From an uncultured Erysipelotrichaceae bacterium (lineage in GTDB: Bacteria > Bacillota_I > Bacilli_A > RF39 > UBA660): 64,000 nt of DNA. Of the stretch, positions 20,178 through 30,150 are shown one piece after another. The notes beneath the pieces were generated by a model. It did not search any database and was not told the DNA's origin. It saw only the letters and a program-made list of their open reading frames with translations. Every line of letters begins with the position of its first letter. Positions within the stretch are counted from its first letter, which is position 1. The position numbers were made by a program, and so were the translations under genes. The stretch lies in the NCBI GenBank assembly GCA_948439995.1, contig CAOJNP010000001.1, positions 394 through 64,393 of the forward strand, read 5' to 3'.

Positions 20178-20678
20178 TTATATATATTGTTGTAAATATA
20201 ATATCTCTTTTTCTAAAGTAGTATTAATATCATGTCCAGGATAAATTATAATATCTTTTGGATAATTTAATATTTTTTTGATACTGTTTTGCATCTCTTT
20301 GAAATCTCCGCCTTCTAAGTCACAACGACCTATATTATGAAAAAAGATAAAATCTCCTGAAAATAAAATTTTTTCTTCTTTAAAATAAAAACTGATAGAA
20401 TCTTTTGAGTGTCCAGGAGTATTTATTATCTCATAGTTGAATCCATCAATATTTTGAGGATTGTGTTTTAAGTGAAAAGATTGCTCTATTTGTTCTAGAG
20501 CTCCTATGTGATCAAAATGGTGGTGGGTAACAAGGATTCCAACTACATTTAAATTAGTACATTCTCTTAATATTTGATCCGCTTCATCTCCTGGATCAAT
20601 AATAATGGTTTTATTATTTTTGGTTACAATATAACAATTAGCTTGTAAATAACCTACTGGTATTTTCTTTATCTTCAT
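20178..20678 (-). CDS. Metallo-beta-lactamase-fold hydrolase
   Basis: HHHFDHIG (HxHxDH) zinc-binding motif. Confidence 0.65.
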   Translation of the reverse strand: MKIKKIPVGYLQANCYIVTKNNKTIIIDPGDEADQILRECTNLNVVGILVTHHHFDHIGALEQIEQSFHLKHNPQNIDGFNYEIINTPGHSKDSISFYFKEEKILFSGDFIFFHNIGRCDLEGGDFKEMQNSIKKILNYPKDIIIYPGHDINTTLEKEILYLQQYI

Positions 20679-20745
20679 TTTTTTCTTTCCTTTTTTAAAT
20701 TATATCACGTATAATAGATTTAGATAAAAAATTTAAGTTAGGAAG

Positions 20746-21297
20746 ATGTTAATGAATTTTATTTATATTTTATTAATTATAATTGGTATTGGAAGTATGA
20801 TTGGTATTGTTTATATTTCTTGTTTTAATAATTTACAATTTACGAAAACTAAAATCGAACAATCAGAAGGTATTATTGACGAAGTTCTTCGTAATCGATT
20901 TGATATTATTGTAAGAACAAGTGATGTTGTGAAAAATAATTTAGAAGAAAAAAAGGATTATTTAAAAGAGTATTTGTCTTTGAAAGAAGAAAAAATTAGT
21001 AATTTTGAAATGGATCGTAAAGTAAAAGAAGCTTTTAATATTATTTTAAATTTAAAAAATGATTATCCTTCTCTTCAAAAAAATAATGGGATGAAAGAAA
21101 TTTTGAGTGAAATAAAAGCAACAGATGAAAAATTATCTGCTGCTATCTCTTACTATAATCGTTATACTAGTCAATTAAATGAATATATAAGAAAGTTTCC
21201 TTCAAATATTATTGCCAAAATTCATGGTTTTTCGATCAAACCATTCTTTGATGGAAAAAATATGAATGATGAAGATATTATGGATTTTAAACTGTAG
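20746..21297 (+). CDS. lemA: LemA-family membrane protein
   Basis: N-terminal TM and LemA-like conserved core (YNRYTSQLNEYIRKFPSNIIA). Confidence 0.6.
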   Translation: MLMNFIYILLIIIGIGSMIGIVYISCFNNLQFTKTKIEQSEGIIDEVLRNRFDIIVRTSDVVKNNLEEKKDYLKEYLSLKEEKISNFEMDRKVKEAFNIILNLKNDYPSLQKNNGMKEILSEIKATDEKLSAAISYYNRYTSQLNEYIRKFPSNIIAKIHGFSIKPFFDGKNMNDEDIMDFKL

Positions 21298-21324
21298 ATA
21301 ATTACAGTTTTTTTATGCTAATTT

Positions 21325-22002
21325 CTAGTCTTGATCTAACTTATTTAAATCCCAATCAATTGGTTCTTGATTATTTTGTTTTAAAAATTCATTTGTTTTC
21401 GAAAAAGGTTTGCTTCCAAAAAAACCATAATTTGCAGAAAAAGGACTTGGATGAGCACTGGTTAATACGAGATGTTTTGGATTAGTGATCAGTTCTTTTT
21501 TGGCTTTGGCAAAATTTCCCCACAAAATAAATACGATCGGTTCTTCTTTTTCATTTAAAACTTTAATAATGTAGTCTGTTAGTCGTTCCCATCCTAATTT
21601 TCTATGTGAAGCCGGAGTATCTTTTACCACAGTTAATACTGCATTTAATAATAATACTCCTTGATTCGCCCAACCTGTTAAATCGCCACAATTTCGAATT
21701 GGAATATTTAAATCGCTTTGCAATTCTTTATAAATATTTTGTAAAGATGGTGGAACTTTGATTCCTTTTTGAACAGAAAAAGATAATCCATGCGCTTCAT
21801 GTTCTCCATGATATGGATCTTGTCCCACTATTACAACTTTTACTTTGTGGAAAGGGGTTAATTTTAAAGCATTAAATACATAATTTTTTGGCGGAAAAAT
21901 TATTTTAGTTTGATATTCTTGATCAACAATAGATAAAAATTTTTTGAATCCTTCACTTTCCCATACTACTTTTAATTTTTCATCCCAATCATTTTGAATC
22001 AT
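21325..22002 (-). CDS. ung: Uracil-DNA glycosylase
   Basis: UNG family motifs GQDPYH and HPSPFSA. Confidence 0.85.
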   Translation of the reverse strand: MIQNDWDEKLKVVWESEGFKKFLSIVDQEYQTKIIFPPKNYVFNALKLTPFHKVKVVIVGQDPYHGEHEAHGLSFSVQKGIKVPPSLQNIYKELQSDLNIPIRNCGDLTGWANQGVLLLNAVLTVVKDTPASHRKLGWERLTDYIIKVLNEKEEPIVFILWGNFAKAKKELITNPKHLVLTSAHPSPFSANYGFFGSKPFSKTNEFLKQNNQEPIDWDLNKLDQD

Positions 22003-22014
22003 AATATATACCTC

Positions 22015-22452
22015 CTATTTATGATAAATTTCATGATTATTTATCTTAAAACTTCGATAAATTTGTTCTAATAAGATTCCTCTAAATAAACCATGAGGAA
22101 AAGTAAAATCAGAAAAAGAAAGGCTTTCGTTTTTCTTCTGTTTAATGCTTTTTGAAATTCCTAGTGAACTTCCAATAATAAAAGTAATATTGCTTGTTTT
22201 TACAAATAGTTCATCTATATGTTTTGCAAATTGTTCACTAGTATATTTTTTTCCTTCAATTTCTAAAGTAATGATATAGTCTTTTGGATTTAATACCTTA
22301 ACGATACTAAGTGTTTCTTTTTCTAAAGTATCTTCATCTTTTAATTCGATTATTTCAAGTTTATGATATTTTTGTATTCTTTTTTTATAATCATCAATTA
22401 AATCTTTTAAATAGTTTTCTTTTATTTTACCTACACAAATAATTTTAATCAT
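22015..22452 (-). CDS. rlmH: 23S rRNA (pseudouridine1915-N3)-methyltransferase RlmH
   Basis: SPOUT RlmH family; start at ATG 22452 (MIKIICVGK) preceded by GGTGG. Confidence 0.8.
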   Translation of the reverse strand: MIKIICVGKIKENYLKDLIDDYKKRIQKYHKLEIIELKDEDTLEKETLSIVKVLNPKDYIITLEIEGKKYTSEQFAKHIDELFVKTSNITFIIGSSLGISKSIKQKKNESLSFSDFTFPHGLFRGILLEQIYRSFKINNHEIYHK

Positions 22453-23209
22453 TATGAACCACCGTAATTTCGTTTTGTTTTGCACATATAATATTTTGAA
22501 AATGAATTTGATATTCTTCTAATGTATTACTAATGGTTTCCATCGCTTTTTCTTCTGTATTATTTTCTTTCGATAAATGCATTAAAACAATTTTTTTAGT
22601 TTGATCTCCAATTAGTTTGGTTAAATAAAAGCCTGCATCTTTATTGGATAAATGCCCACTGGTTCCAAGTACTCTTGTTTTTAACCATTTAGGATATGGT
22701 CCATTCATTAACATTTCAATGTCATGATTGCTTTCTAATAAGTAATAATTCTTGTTTTTTAATAATTCAAAATATTTCCGATTCAAGTATCCTGTATCTG
22801 TAATAGACACAATCGATAAGTTTTTATCTTCAATTAAAAAGTTTCTAGAATCCGTTACGTCATGACTTGTTTTGATTGTCGTAATTTTTAAGTTATCTAA
22901 ATGAATTGTATCATCATAAATAATTATATTATCGTATGCTTCTAAATTTTTTAAATCAAAGAACATTTTTTGCGTTAAATAAACTTTAGGATGATATTTT
23001 TTCACAAATCGTTCTAAAGAGGCAACATGATCATTGTGAGTATGACTAATGATAATGGCTTCAATATTTTCTGGTGTTTCATCTATCTCTTTTAATTTTT
23101 CCGTAATATATTTTACATTTTTTCCAATATCAATTAATATTTTATGGTTATTGGAAGAAATAAAAGTCGAATTTCCTTCGGAACCACTTGCTAAAATACA
23201 CACTTTCAT
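22445..23209 (-). CDS. Metallo-beta-lactamase-fold hydrolase (YycJ/WalJ-like)
   Basis: SHTHNDH (HxHxDH) motif; start at ATG 23209 overlapping the upstream gene stop. Confidence 0.6.
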   Translation of the reverse strand: MKVCILASGSEGNSTFISSNNHKILIDIGKNVKYITEKLKEIDETPENIEAIIISHTHNDHVASLERFVKKYHPKVYLTQKMFFDLKNLEAYDNIIIYDDTIHLDNLKITTIKTSHDVTDSRNFLIEDKNLSIVSITDTGYLNRKYFELLKNKNYYLLESNHDIEMLMNGPYPKWLKTRVLGTSGHLSNKDAGFYLTKLIGDQTKKIVLMHLSKENNTEEKAMETISNTLEEYQIHFQNIICAKQNEITVVHND

Positions 23210-24735
23210 TAATAAATACTCCGAGGATTTAACCATTTGCTTCCAGGGTGATGTGGATAACCTATTGATATTCCGAAATGAAGGTGAGTTCCAGTTGAAG
23301 AACCACTATTTCCCATCGTTCCAATAATTTGTCCACGATTTACAGTTTGTCCAACACTTACTTTAACATCTTGCGTTAAATGTCCATACATTGTGTAGTA
23401 ATTATTGCTGTGTTTTACAATAATGTAGTTTCCATAACTCATACCACATCTAGATCCATAATAACCATAGTTTGAACAAGTGTTATTTGTTTCTACTACC
23501 GTACCTGGTTTTGCTGCATAAATTGGAGACCCAAATCCAGTACCTGAAATATCAAGCGCGTAATGGAATGATCCCCAACGCCATTCGAATCCAGAAGTGA
23601 TAACGTATGGACGATTGGTCGGCCAACCCCAGTCTTTACCAGTTTCATTATAAGTTCCACTTCCTCCACCTGTTGTAACTTTTTTCTTTCCTACAGTTGT
23701 AATTTCATGAACCACTTCTCGCAGTGTCACAGAACTTAAAACAACTGCTCCTTGGTTTCTTTCTCCATTGGTTAATTTCACTTCTTGTGTTGTTCTTACA
23801 ATACCTGTTACTCCAGCTTGTGTTACTTCACTATAATTGGATGGTTTACTATTATCTACTACTTCTTGCTTTTCATAAACCTGTTCGGTATCTTCTACTA
23901 CATGTAATTCTTCTACTAAAGTAACAATAGGATTAATCAAATCAACAGATACTTCTTCTCCAATGGCTAAAAGACTTTCGGCACTTTTAAATCTTGGATT
24001 AGCAATTAAAAATTCTTGTGGATTTAATTTATTATCTTCAGAAATACTTGCAATCGTATCCCCTTTTTGAATGGTATAATTACTTGTACTTTTCTCTTTT
24101 CCAAATAATAAATATTGACTTAATTCGGTTGCATCTGTATAAATTTTATTTTTTACACTAATATTTGCTTCTTTAATTGTAATGTTTTCTTCAAAATACA
24201 TGTGTTTGATAACTTCTCCAACGGTTGTAATTTCTTCTTGTGTATTATTAATATAATTTAAATAAGCTTCTTTATCTACAAATGCTGTTACTAATTTTTC
24301 TAGAGCATCTTTAAATATTTGTTGGTCTAAAACATACAATAAAATTTTCTTTTCAGGTTCTTCTTCGTTTTTTTCTTTTGTGATTGTTATAATATATCCT
24401 TTTACTGTAAAATCTCCATTTTCTTTTACTTTATTGTAGACATCAGAAGCAGTTGTAACTGTTTCATGAAATGTTTTATATTTTACAATTTCAAATCCAT
24501 TGGGAGGATATACTTTATCCACTCCATATTGTTTTTTTATATCTGCTTGTTCTTCATTAATCATGTTTAGTAATTCATCATCATTATTAATGAGTCCAAT
24601 TTTTTTACCATTTAAATAAACTTGATATACTTCTTTTGAAATATCTTTAAATCGATAACGGAATCCAAATAATACACAAATTAAAACAGTTACTCCTATA
24701 ATACAGTAAAATATTATTTTTTCATTTTGCTTCAT
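23209..24735 (-). CDS. LysM-like M23 (LytM) peptidase
   Basis: N-terminal TM, LysM-like segment (YTIQKGDTIASIS), intact FHYALDISG and THLHFGI motifs. Confidence 0.65.
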   Translation of the reverse strand: MKQNEKIIFYCIIGVTVLICVLFGFRYRFKDISKEVYQVYLNGKKIGLINNDDELLNMINEEQADIKKQYGVDKVYPPNGFEIVKYKTFHETVTTASDVYNKVKENGDFTVKGYIITITKEKNEEEPEKKILLYVLDQQIFKDALEKLVTAFVDKEAYLNYINNTQEEITTVGEVIKHMYFEENITIKEANISVKNKIYTDATELSQYLLFGKEKSTSNYTIQKGDTIASISEDNKLNPQEFLIANPRFKSAESLLAIGEEVSVDLINPIVTLVEELHVVEDTEQVYEKQEVVDNSKPSNYSEVTQAGVTGIVRTTQEVKLTNGERNQGAVVLSSVTLREVVHEITTVGKKKVTTGGGSGTYNETGKDWGWPTNRPYVITSGFEWRWGSFHYALDISGTGFGSPIYAAKPGTVVETNNTCSNYGYYGSRCGMSYGNYIIVKHSNNYYTMYGHLTQDVKVSVGQTVNRGQIIGTMGNSGSSTGTHLHFGISIGYPHHPGSKWLNPRSIY

Positions 24736-24738
24736 TTT

Positions 24739-26088
24739 TTAAAAATCACTCTCTTCTGCTTTTAAATAATTTTTAAAACTACTTTTATCTAGTTCAAATA
24801 GTAATTGATATAATCCTGTTCCACCACGACGATGTTTGGCAATAATTAAATCGGTTGGAACAATATTTTGTTTGTTTTCTGTCGTTTTGTTTTCGTAATA
24901 ATCTTGTCGATTTAAAAATATAACCAAATCAGCATCTTGTTCAATGGAACCAGATTCACGTAAATCAGCTAATCTTGGTTGATTAGATTCTCTTCTTTCT
25001 GCATTACGTGATAACTGTGCTAATGCAATCACTGGAACTTTTAATTCCATTGCCATTGTTTTTAAACTACGTGATATTTCGGATACTTCGACTTGTCTTG
25101 ATTCAGTTCTACCACCCGTTGTAACTAACTGTAAGTAGTCGATTACTACTAATCCTAGCCCTTTTTCAGAAGAATTTAAGCGACGACATTTGGCACGAAT
25201 TTCTGGTGCAGTAATTCCTGCATTATCTTCAATATAAATATTGGTATCGGCAAGTTGACTTAATGCTTCATTGTAGCGTTTCCAATCATTGTGTCCAAGC
25301 ATTCCGGTTTTTAATTTTTCTCCTTCGATTTGCCCTACTGAACTAATCATTCGATTTACTAATTGTTCTGCACTCATTTCTAAGTTAAAAATAGCTACTG
25401 CTTTTTCTGTATGAAAAGCTGCATTACAAGCTACATTTAAAGCAAATGCTGTTTTTCCCATACCAGGTCTTGCGGCTAATATAATTAATTCTCCTTCATG
25501 AAGGCCAGCTGTTGCTTTATCTAAATCATAAAATCCAGTTGTAAGTCCTGTAATAGCACTTTTGTTTTTCGCCATATTTTCTAGATTTTCTTGAGCCATT
25601 CGAAGAGCTGTGCTAATTGGGATGAGTTCACTTGTTTTTCTAGTTTTTACAACATTTAAGATTTTCTTTTCAGCTTGATCTAACACCATTGTTAAATCTC
25701 TGTCTTCTTCATATGTATCGGTTATGATGTCAGTTGCTGTATCTATTAATTTTCGACGGGTTGCTTTTTCTTTTACTATATTAATGTAATAATCTAAGTT
25801 GGCAGAAGTAGCAACACTATCAATGACTTCACTTAAATATGCAATTCCACCAATTGCATTTAAATTTTTTTGTTTGTCTAATTCATTTTTTACTGTTGTA
25901 ATATCGATTGGAGTGCTCGCTTGATATAAACTTTTTAAGGCTTCAAAAATTTTTTTATTTGCTTCTTGAAAGAACATTTCAGAATCTATTTCTTCTACTA
26001 TTTTTTCCATTGCAAAATCATTTAGAAAAGCTACTCCTAACACACTCATTTCTGCTTCAATATTTTGTGGCATTTTTCTAGAAGCCAT
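24739..26088 (-). CDS. dnaB: Replicative DNA helicase
   Basis: DnaB family: Walker A ARPGMGKTAF, conserved C-terminal RecA-like domain; adjacent to rplI as in Firmicutes. Confidence 0.9.
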   Translation of the reverse strand: MASRKMPQNIEAEMSVLGVAFLNDFAMEKIVEEIDSEMFFQEANKKIFEALKSLYQASTPIDITTVKNELDKQKNLNAIGGIAYLSEVIDSVATSANLDYYINIVKEKATRRKLIDTATDIITDTYEEDRDLTMVLDQAEKKILNVVKTRKTSELIPISTALRMAQENLENMAKNKSAITGLTTGFYDLDKATAGLHEGELIILAARPGMGKTAFALNVACNAAFHTEKAVAIFNLEMSAEQLVNRMISSVGQIEGEKLKTGMLGHNDWKRYNEALSQLADTNIYIEDNAGITAPEIRAKCRRLNSSEKGLGLVVIDYLQLVTTGGRTESRQVEVSEISRSLKTMAMELKVPVIALAQLSRNAERRESNQPRLADLRESGSIEQDADLVIFLNRQDYYENKTTENKQNIVPTDLIIAKHRRGGTGLYQLLFELDKSSFKNYLKAEESDF

Positions 26089-26096
26089 AATATCAC

Positions 26097-26537
26097 CTAC
26101 TTCTTCAAGGTTACTTTTAATTCAAATTGTACTTTTTTATGTAATTCTATTTTTATGTTGTGAGTTCCAAGTGAATCAATTGGATTTTCTATTTTAATAC
26201 ATTTTTTATCAATTGTATATCCCATCTCTTTTAATTTTTCACTTATTTGTTTTGATGAAACATTTCCAAATACTTTATCTTCTTTTCCAGTTTTTACTTG
26301 AAATAAAATCTCTTTTTGTTTTAATTCATTTGCTATTTGAGTAAAATTTAATACTCTTTCATCTTCTATTTTTTTTCTTTCTGCTAATTCTTGATCTAAT
26401 ATTTTTTTACTTCCTTCTGTTACAGGAACAGCTAAACCATTCTTAATTAAAAAATTATTTGCATAACCATCTGATACATTAATGATATCATCTTTTTTTC
26501 CTTGCTTTTTCACATCTTGTAATAAAATAACTTTCAT
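26097..26537 (-). CDS. rplI: 50S ribosomal protein L9
   Basis: MKVILLQDVKKQGKKDDIINVSDGYANNFLI typical of L9. Confidence 0.9.
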   Translation of the reverse strand: MKVILLQDVKKQGKKDDIINVSDGYANNFLIKNGLAVPVTEGSKKILDQELAERKKIEDERVLNFTQIANELKQKEILFQVKTGKEDKVFGNVSSKQISEKLKEMGYTIDKKCIKIENPIDSLGTHNIKIELHKKVQFELKVTLKK

Positions 26538-26565
26538 GGGAATTCCTCCTTTGATTCGTAATTTA

Positions 26566-26590
26566 TTATAACAAAAAAGAGCCTTTAGTA
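26566..26590 (-). terminator. Terminator between HipA-like gene and rplI
   Basis: AGAGCcTTT/AAAaGCTCT stem then TTTTTT on minus strand; downstream of 26723-27631 gene and upstream of rplI promoter (TTATAAT, AAAGGAGG). Confidence 0.4.
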
Positions 26591-26722
26591 AAAGCTCTAT
26601 TATCTTTTTGAGAATTATTTTATAAAAGATTTTAAATTATAGTAATTGATTCTTTCTCACTTTAATAATTTATTTTTCATATTTATTATAACATTTAGAA
26701 ATAATAAAATTATGTTTACTTT

Positions 26723-27631
26723 TTATAAACAATATTTTTTTAAAATTTTTTCTGCACTTTTTGTATTTCGTAATAATCGATTACTTAAATTACATTTTAA
26801 AAAATATGATAAATGACGTTGAAACTTTTCTTCTAATTCTTCAAATAATATTTTTCTGTTTATTTCCCTAATTCGGTTCATATATTCTTTTAGTATTTCT
26901 AATTCTTGAACATTTGCGTACCGAAGAAATGTCAAAAAAGCTCTGTCTGGTTTTTCAAATTCACTTTCTCGTTCATATAAATATCTAAATTGAAAGTCAT
27001 TCAAAGAAGAGATTAATTTTATGTTACCATAATTTCCAAAATCATAAAAAGGAGAGATTTTTGGAGATTGATTAAACCATATTTCCGTATTTTTAGGATG
27101 ACAGTCATTATCTCCTAAAAGCATTTGTATAATGAATTTTAAAAAAGTATTTAGTTTTAATGTTTCTACACAACTTTCACCATAGTCATGATATAAAAAT
27201 TGATATATTTTTTTTAATTCTTGAATATTATACAAATGTATTAAAGACCAAACGCCTACTTCATTCATAATTGATTTTTTTTTACCAGTTTTTAGAATTA
27301 TTTTTTGCTCATATTCTTCAATTATTTGATAAAGAGATTTCACTGGAAATCCTTCTTGATTGTAGTTTTTGGTTATAACTCCGTAATAATTATCATGAAA
27401 TGCTAAATCATATTGCACATTTGATATTCCTAAAGCATTTAAAACATGACTCCAAAATACTTCAAAAATAGCTTGATTTATGGTTCCTTGTTTAAACAAA
27501 AATTTTTCTCTATTAATCTGTATCCATTCATAACTATACAGACCATCTAAATTTGCAGTACAAAATCGTTGTCTTTTATAATTCGTTTCATCTATCTGTA
27601 AAAAACCTTTTTTTCTTCTTATTTCATTCAT
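26723..27631 (-). CDS. HipA-like Ser/Thr kinase-fold protein (short form)
   Basis: LLGDNDCHPKNTEIWF...ISPFYDFGN matches HipA C-terminal catalytic motifs (GNtDdHlKNfs...LsPaYD). Confidence 0.5.
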   Translation of the reverse strand: MNEIRRKKGFLQIDETNYKRQRFCTANLDGLYSYEWIQINREKFLFKQGTINQAIFEVFWSHVLNALGISNVQYDLAFHDNYYGVITKNYNQEGFPVKSLYQIIEEYEQKIILKTGKKKSIMNEVGVWSLIHLYNIQELKKIYQFLYHDYGESCVETLKLNTFLKFIIQMLLGDNDCHPKNTEIWFNQSPKISPFYDFGNYGNIKLISSLNDFQFRYLYERESEFEKPDRAFLTFLRYANVQELEILKEYMNRIREINRKILFEELEEKFQRHLSYFLKCNLSNRLLRNTKSAEKILKKYCL

Positions 27632-27702
27632 AGGAAGTATTTTAACATTCTTCTTAAATTAGTCAATGAATTTTAAAAAAAAAGAATTGTTTTTTCAATC
27701 CT

Positions 27703-27918
27703 TTATTTTACAAATGGTATTAATGCCATAAATCTAGCATATTTAATTTGTTCTGCAATGTGTCTTTGATGTTTTGCACAAGCTCCAGTCATACGTCTTG
27801 GCATAATTTTTCCTTTTTCATTAATATATTTGTTAATGATCATTACATCTTTATAATCGACACTTTTTCCAGCACACATTTGACAAATTTTTTTCTTTTT
27901 ACGTCTAAATTCAGCCAT
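27703..27918 (-). CDS. rpsR: 30S ribosomal protein S18
   Basis: S18 family; start at ATG 27918 (MAEFRRKKKK) after AAGGAGA. Confidence 0.9.
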   Translation of the reverse strand: MAEFRRKKKKICQMCAGKSVDYKDVMIINKYINEKGKIMPRRMTGACAKHQRHIAEQIKYARFMALIPFVK

Positions 27919-27935
27919 AATTAGTCTCCTTTCCA

Positions 27936-28418
27936 TTAAAATGGTAAATCATCGTCGGATAAGGCTATTTCTTCTCCAAAATCTTTAAATGGATCTTCTC
28001 CTATATTTGCTGTTGGGGTTTCATTTGTTGCATAATTGTCTTGATACATTGGAGGTTCTTGTGGATATGGTTCATTTTGTTGATATCCCATATCATTCCC
28101 TCCACGTGATCCTAAAAATGTTACATTATCCGCAACAATATCTGTTGTATATCTTTTTGTACCATCTTGTCCATCATAGCTTCCAGTTTGTATTCTACCT
28201 TCTAATGCTACTTGGCTTCCTTTGGTACAATATTTTGCAATATTTTCTGCTTGTCTACGCCATGCAATACAATTAATAAAGTCTGCTCCACGTTCTCCAT
28301 TTTGTCCAGTAAACGGTCTTGAAACAGCAATCGTAAATCTGGTAACTGAAGTACCTGTACCTGTAGTACGCATTTCTGGATCTCTTGCAAGTCTTCCGAT
28401 CAAAATTACTTTATTCAT
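27936..28418 (-). CDS. ssb: Single-stranded DNA-binding protein
   Basis: OB-fold SSB N-terminus and acidic C-terminal tail DDDLPF. Confidence 0.9.
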   Translation of the reverse strand: MNKVILIGRLARDPEMRTTGTGTSVTRFTIAVSRPFTGQNGERGADFINCIAWRRQAENIAKYCTKGSQVALEGRIQTGSYDGQDGTKRYTTDIVADNVTFLGSRGGNDMGYQQNEPYPQEPPMYQDNYATNETPTANIGEDPFKDFGEEIALSDDDLPF

Positions 28419-28423
28419 TATTT

Positions 28424-28714
28424 TTACTCCTCGTCTAATCTAATTATTAAATGTCTTAGAATATTTTCATCTAGTTTAATTTTTCGATCGAATTCAGCAA
28501 TGGCTTCTTTGTTTGCTTCTACTTGCATTACATAATAATATCCACTAATTTCTTTTTTAATAGAATAAGCAAGTTTTTTTTCACCAAGTTCTTTCATTTC
28601 GTTTACCTTTGCTTTTTCTGCAGTTAAGATATTTTTTGCATTATCAGCTGTTTTTTTTATATCTCCACTTTCTTGTGTTGCTTTTACGATAAACATGATT
28701 TCATATTTTTTCAT
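28424..28714 (-). CDS. rpsF: 30S ribosomal protein S6
   Basis: MKKYEIMFIV N-terminus typical of S6; rpsF-ssb-rpsR order. Confidence 0.9.
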   Translation of the reverse strand: MKKYEIMFIVKATQESGDIKKTADNAKNILTAEKAKVNEMKELGEKKLAYSIKKEISGYYYVMQVEANKEAIAEFDRKIKLDENILRHLIIRLDEE

Positions 28715-28790
28715 TTTTTACACCTCCTTATGGTCTTAAGCGGCTTTTACTCAAAGGTAAAAGCAAGGAGTAATTTCTTACTCGTAATTG

Positions 28791-28819
28791 ATTATAGCAG
28801 AAAAGAAAATGTTTGTAAA
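28791..28819 (-). promoter_or_regulatory. Sigma-A-type promoter of the rpsF-ssb-rpsR operon
   Basis: On minus strand TTTACA - 17 nt - TATAAT, about 75 nt upstream of rpsF start. Confidence 0.5.
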
Positions 28820-28926
28820 TGTTTCTTTTCTATTAAATTTTATTCGATTTTAATGCTTCTATCACTTTTTTTAAATTAAATTTAAAAATAATTTTTTTTA
28901 TTTTTAAGAAAGATATCTTGATCATT

Positions 28927-30078
28927 TTAAAAAAAATCTGATTCTTTTACATTTGTACTAGATTCTAAAACTTTTTCTAATATTCTAGTGTATTCAGAAC
29001 CTTGCGAGATTACTGGCTGATAATCATTTAAGTCACTTCTACTTGATAAAGAACAAGGAATGATATTAATTTCTGTATCTATTAAAACTCCATCTTCAAA
29101 GGAAAACGTTTCTTGAAAAATCATGGTATCTTTATCACTTGGATTTCGATTTCCTCCAAATACAAAATTTCCTAAAGAATAAACAATATATTTTCCTTGG
29201 TATTGTTCTATTCCCTGTAATACATGAGGGTGATGTCCTATTACTAAATCTGCTCCTTTTTCAATTGCATATCTTCCAATCGATTCTTGAACTACATTTT
29301 GTTTATATTCTCTTTCTATTCCCCAGTGATATGTTAAAATGATTAAATCTGTATTGTTTTCATGAAAATATTGAATTGCTTTTTCTGTATTTTCTTTTGC
29401 GCTTGTTTCATCCCATCCGGTAATACCAGCTAATCCAATTTGCATTTCTTGAACTTCTATAATGGAATAATCTTCATATCCAAAATAAGGAATATTTGCT
29501 TTTTTTAAAGCTTCTATAGTATCCGTATATCCTTCTTCTCCATAATCATAAGTATGATTATTTGCAAGATTTACTACTTCAACACTTCCTGATTTTAAAA
29601 TATTTGTATAGTCAAAATCTCCTTTAAAATTAAATTTCTTTGTTACTTTAGTTGTCGAATCAGTAAATGTAGTTTCTAAATTTGCAATGGTTAAATCATC
29701 CTTTGATAATACTTTATTTACTCCCTGAAAAAAATAACTAAAATCACGATGATTCGAATCTAGTATATCTGTAAAGCTTCCATTGTACCCAAAATTAGTG
29801 TCTGTTCCCAAGGTACAGTCACCAACCGCACTAATTGTAATTTCTTTCTTTTCCACTTTCGGAACTTGAAATTGTTTTTCTTCTTTTTCTATTTTTTTTA
29901 TCTGGTTATCCAATGCAGAAAAACCAATGTTTTTTCGAAAGTCTGAGTCTAAGGTTTCTTTCTTTACCTTTGGATTTTCTAAATTCATTTTAACTTTTCC
30001 GCTACCACTTGATATTATAACCATGGCAGAACTAATAGCTAATAAAGCTAATTTTAAAATTTTTAATTGATTTTTCAT
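28927..30078 (-). CDS. CapA-family metallophosphoesterase (poly-gamma-glutamate synthesis-like)
   Basis: Signal peptide; GHHPHVLQG and calcineurin-like metallophosphatase motifs. Confidence 0.6.
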   Translation of the reverse strand: MKNQLKILKLALLAISSAMVIISSGSGKVKMNLENPKVKKETLDSDFRKNIGFSALDNQIKKIEKEEKQFQVPKVEKKEITISAVGDCTLGTDTNFGYNGSFTDILDSNHRDFSYFFQGVNKVLSKDDLTIANLETTFTDSTTKVTKKFNFKGDFDYTNILKSGSVEVVNLANNHTYDYGEEGYTDTIEALKKANIPYFGYEDYSIIEVQEMQIGLAGITGWDETSAKENTEKAIQYFHENNTDLIILTYHWGIEREYKQNVVQESIGRYAIEKGADLVIGHHPHVLQGIEQYQGKYIVYSLGNFVFGGNRNPSDKDTMIFQETFSFEDGVLIDTEINIIPCSLSSRSDLNDYQPVISQGSEYTRILEKVLESSTNVKESDFF

Positions 30079-30150
30079 AAAATTTCTCCTAAACAGAAGC
30101 TATTATAATATAAAAATTTCAAAAAAAAAAGCCTAAATGGCTTTTCAATT

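Noticed and set aside
27989-28443. ORFs 27989-28276(+), 28208-28390(-), 28222-28443(+) inside ssb
   Set aside because: Overlap the conserved ssb coding frame; no independent support
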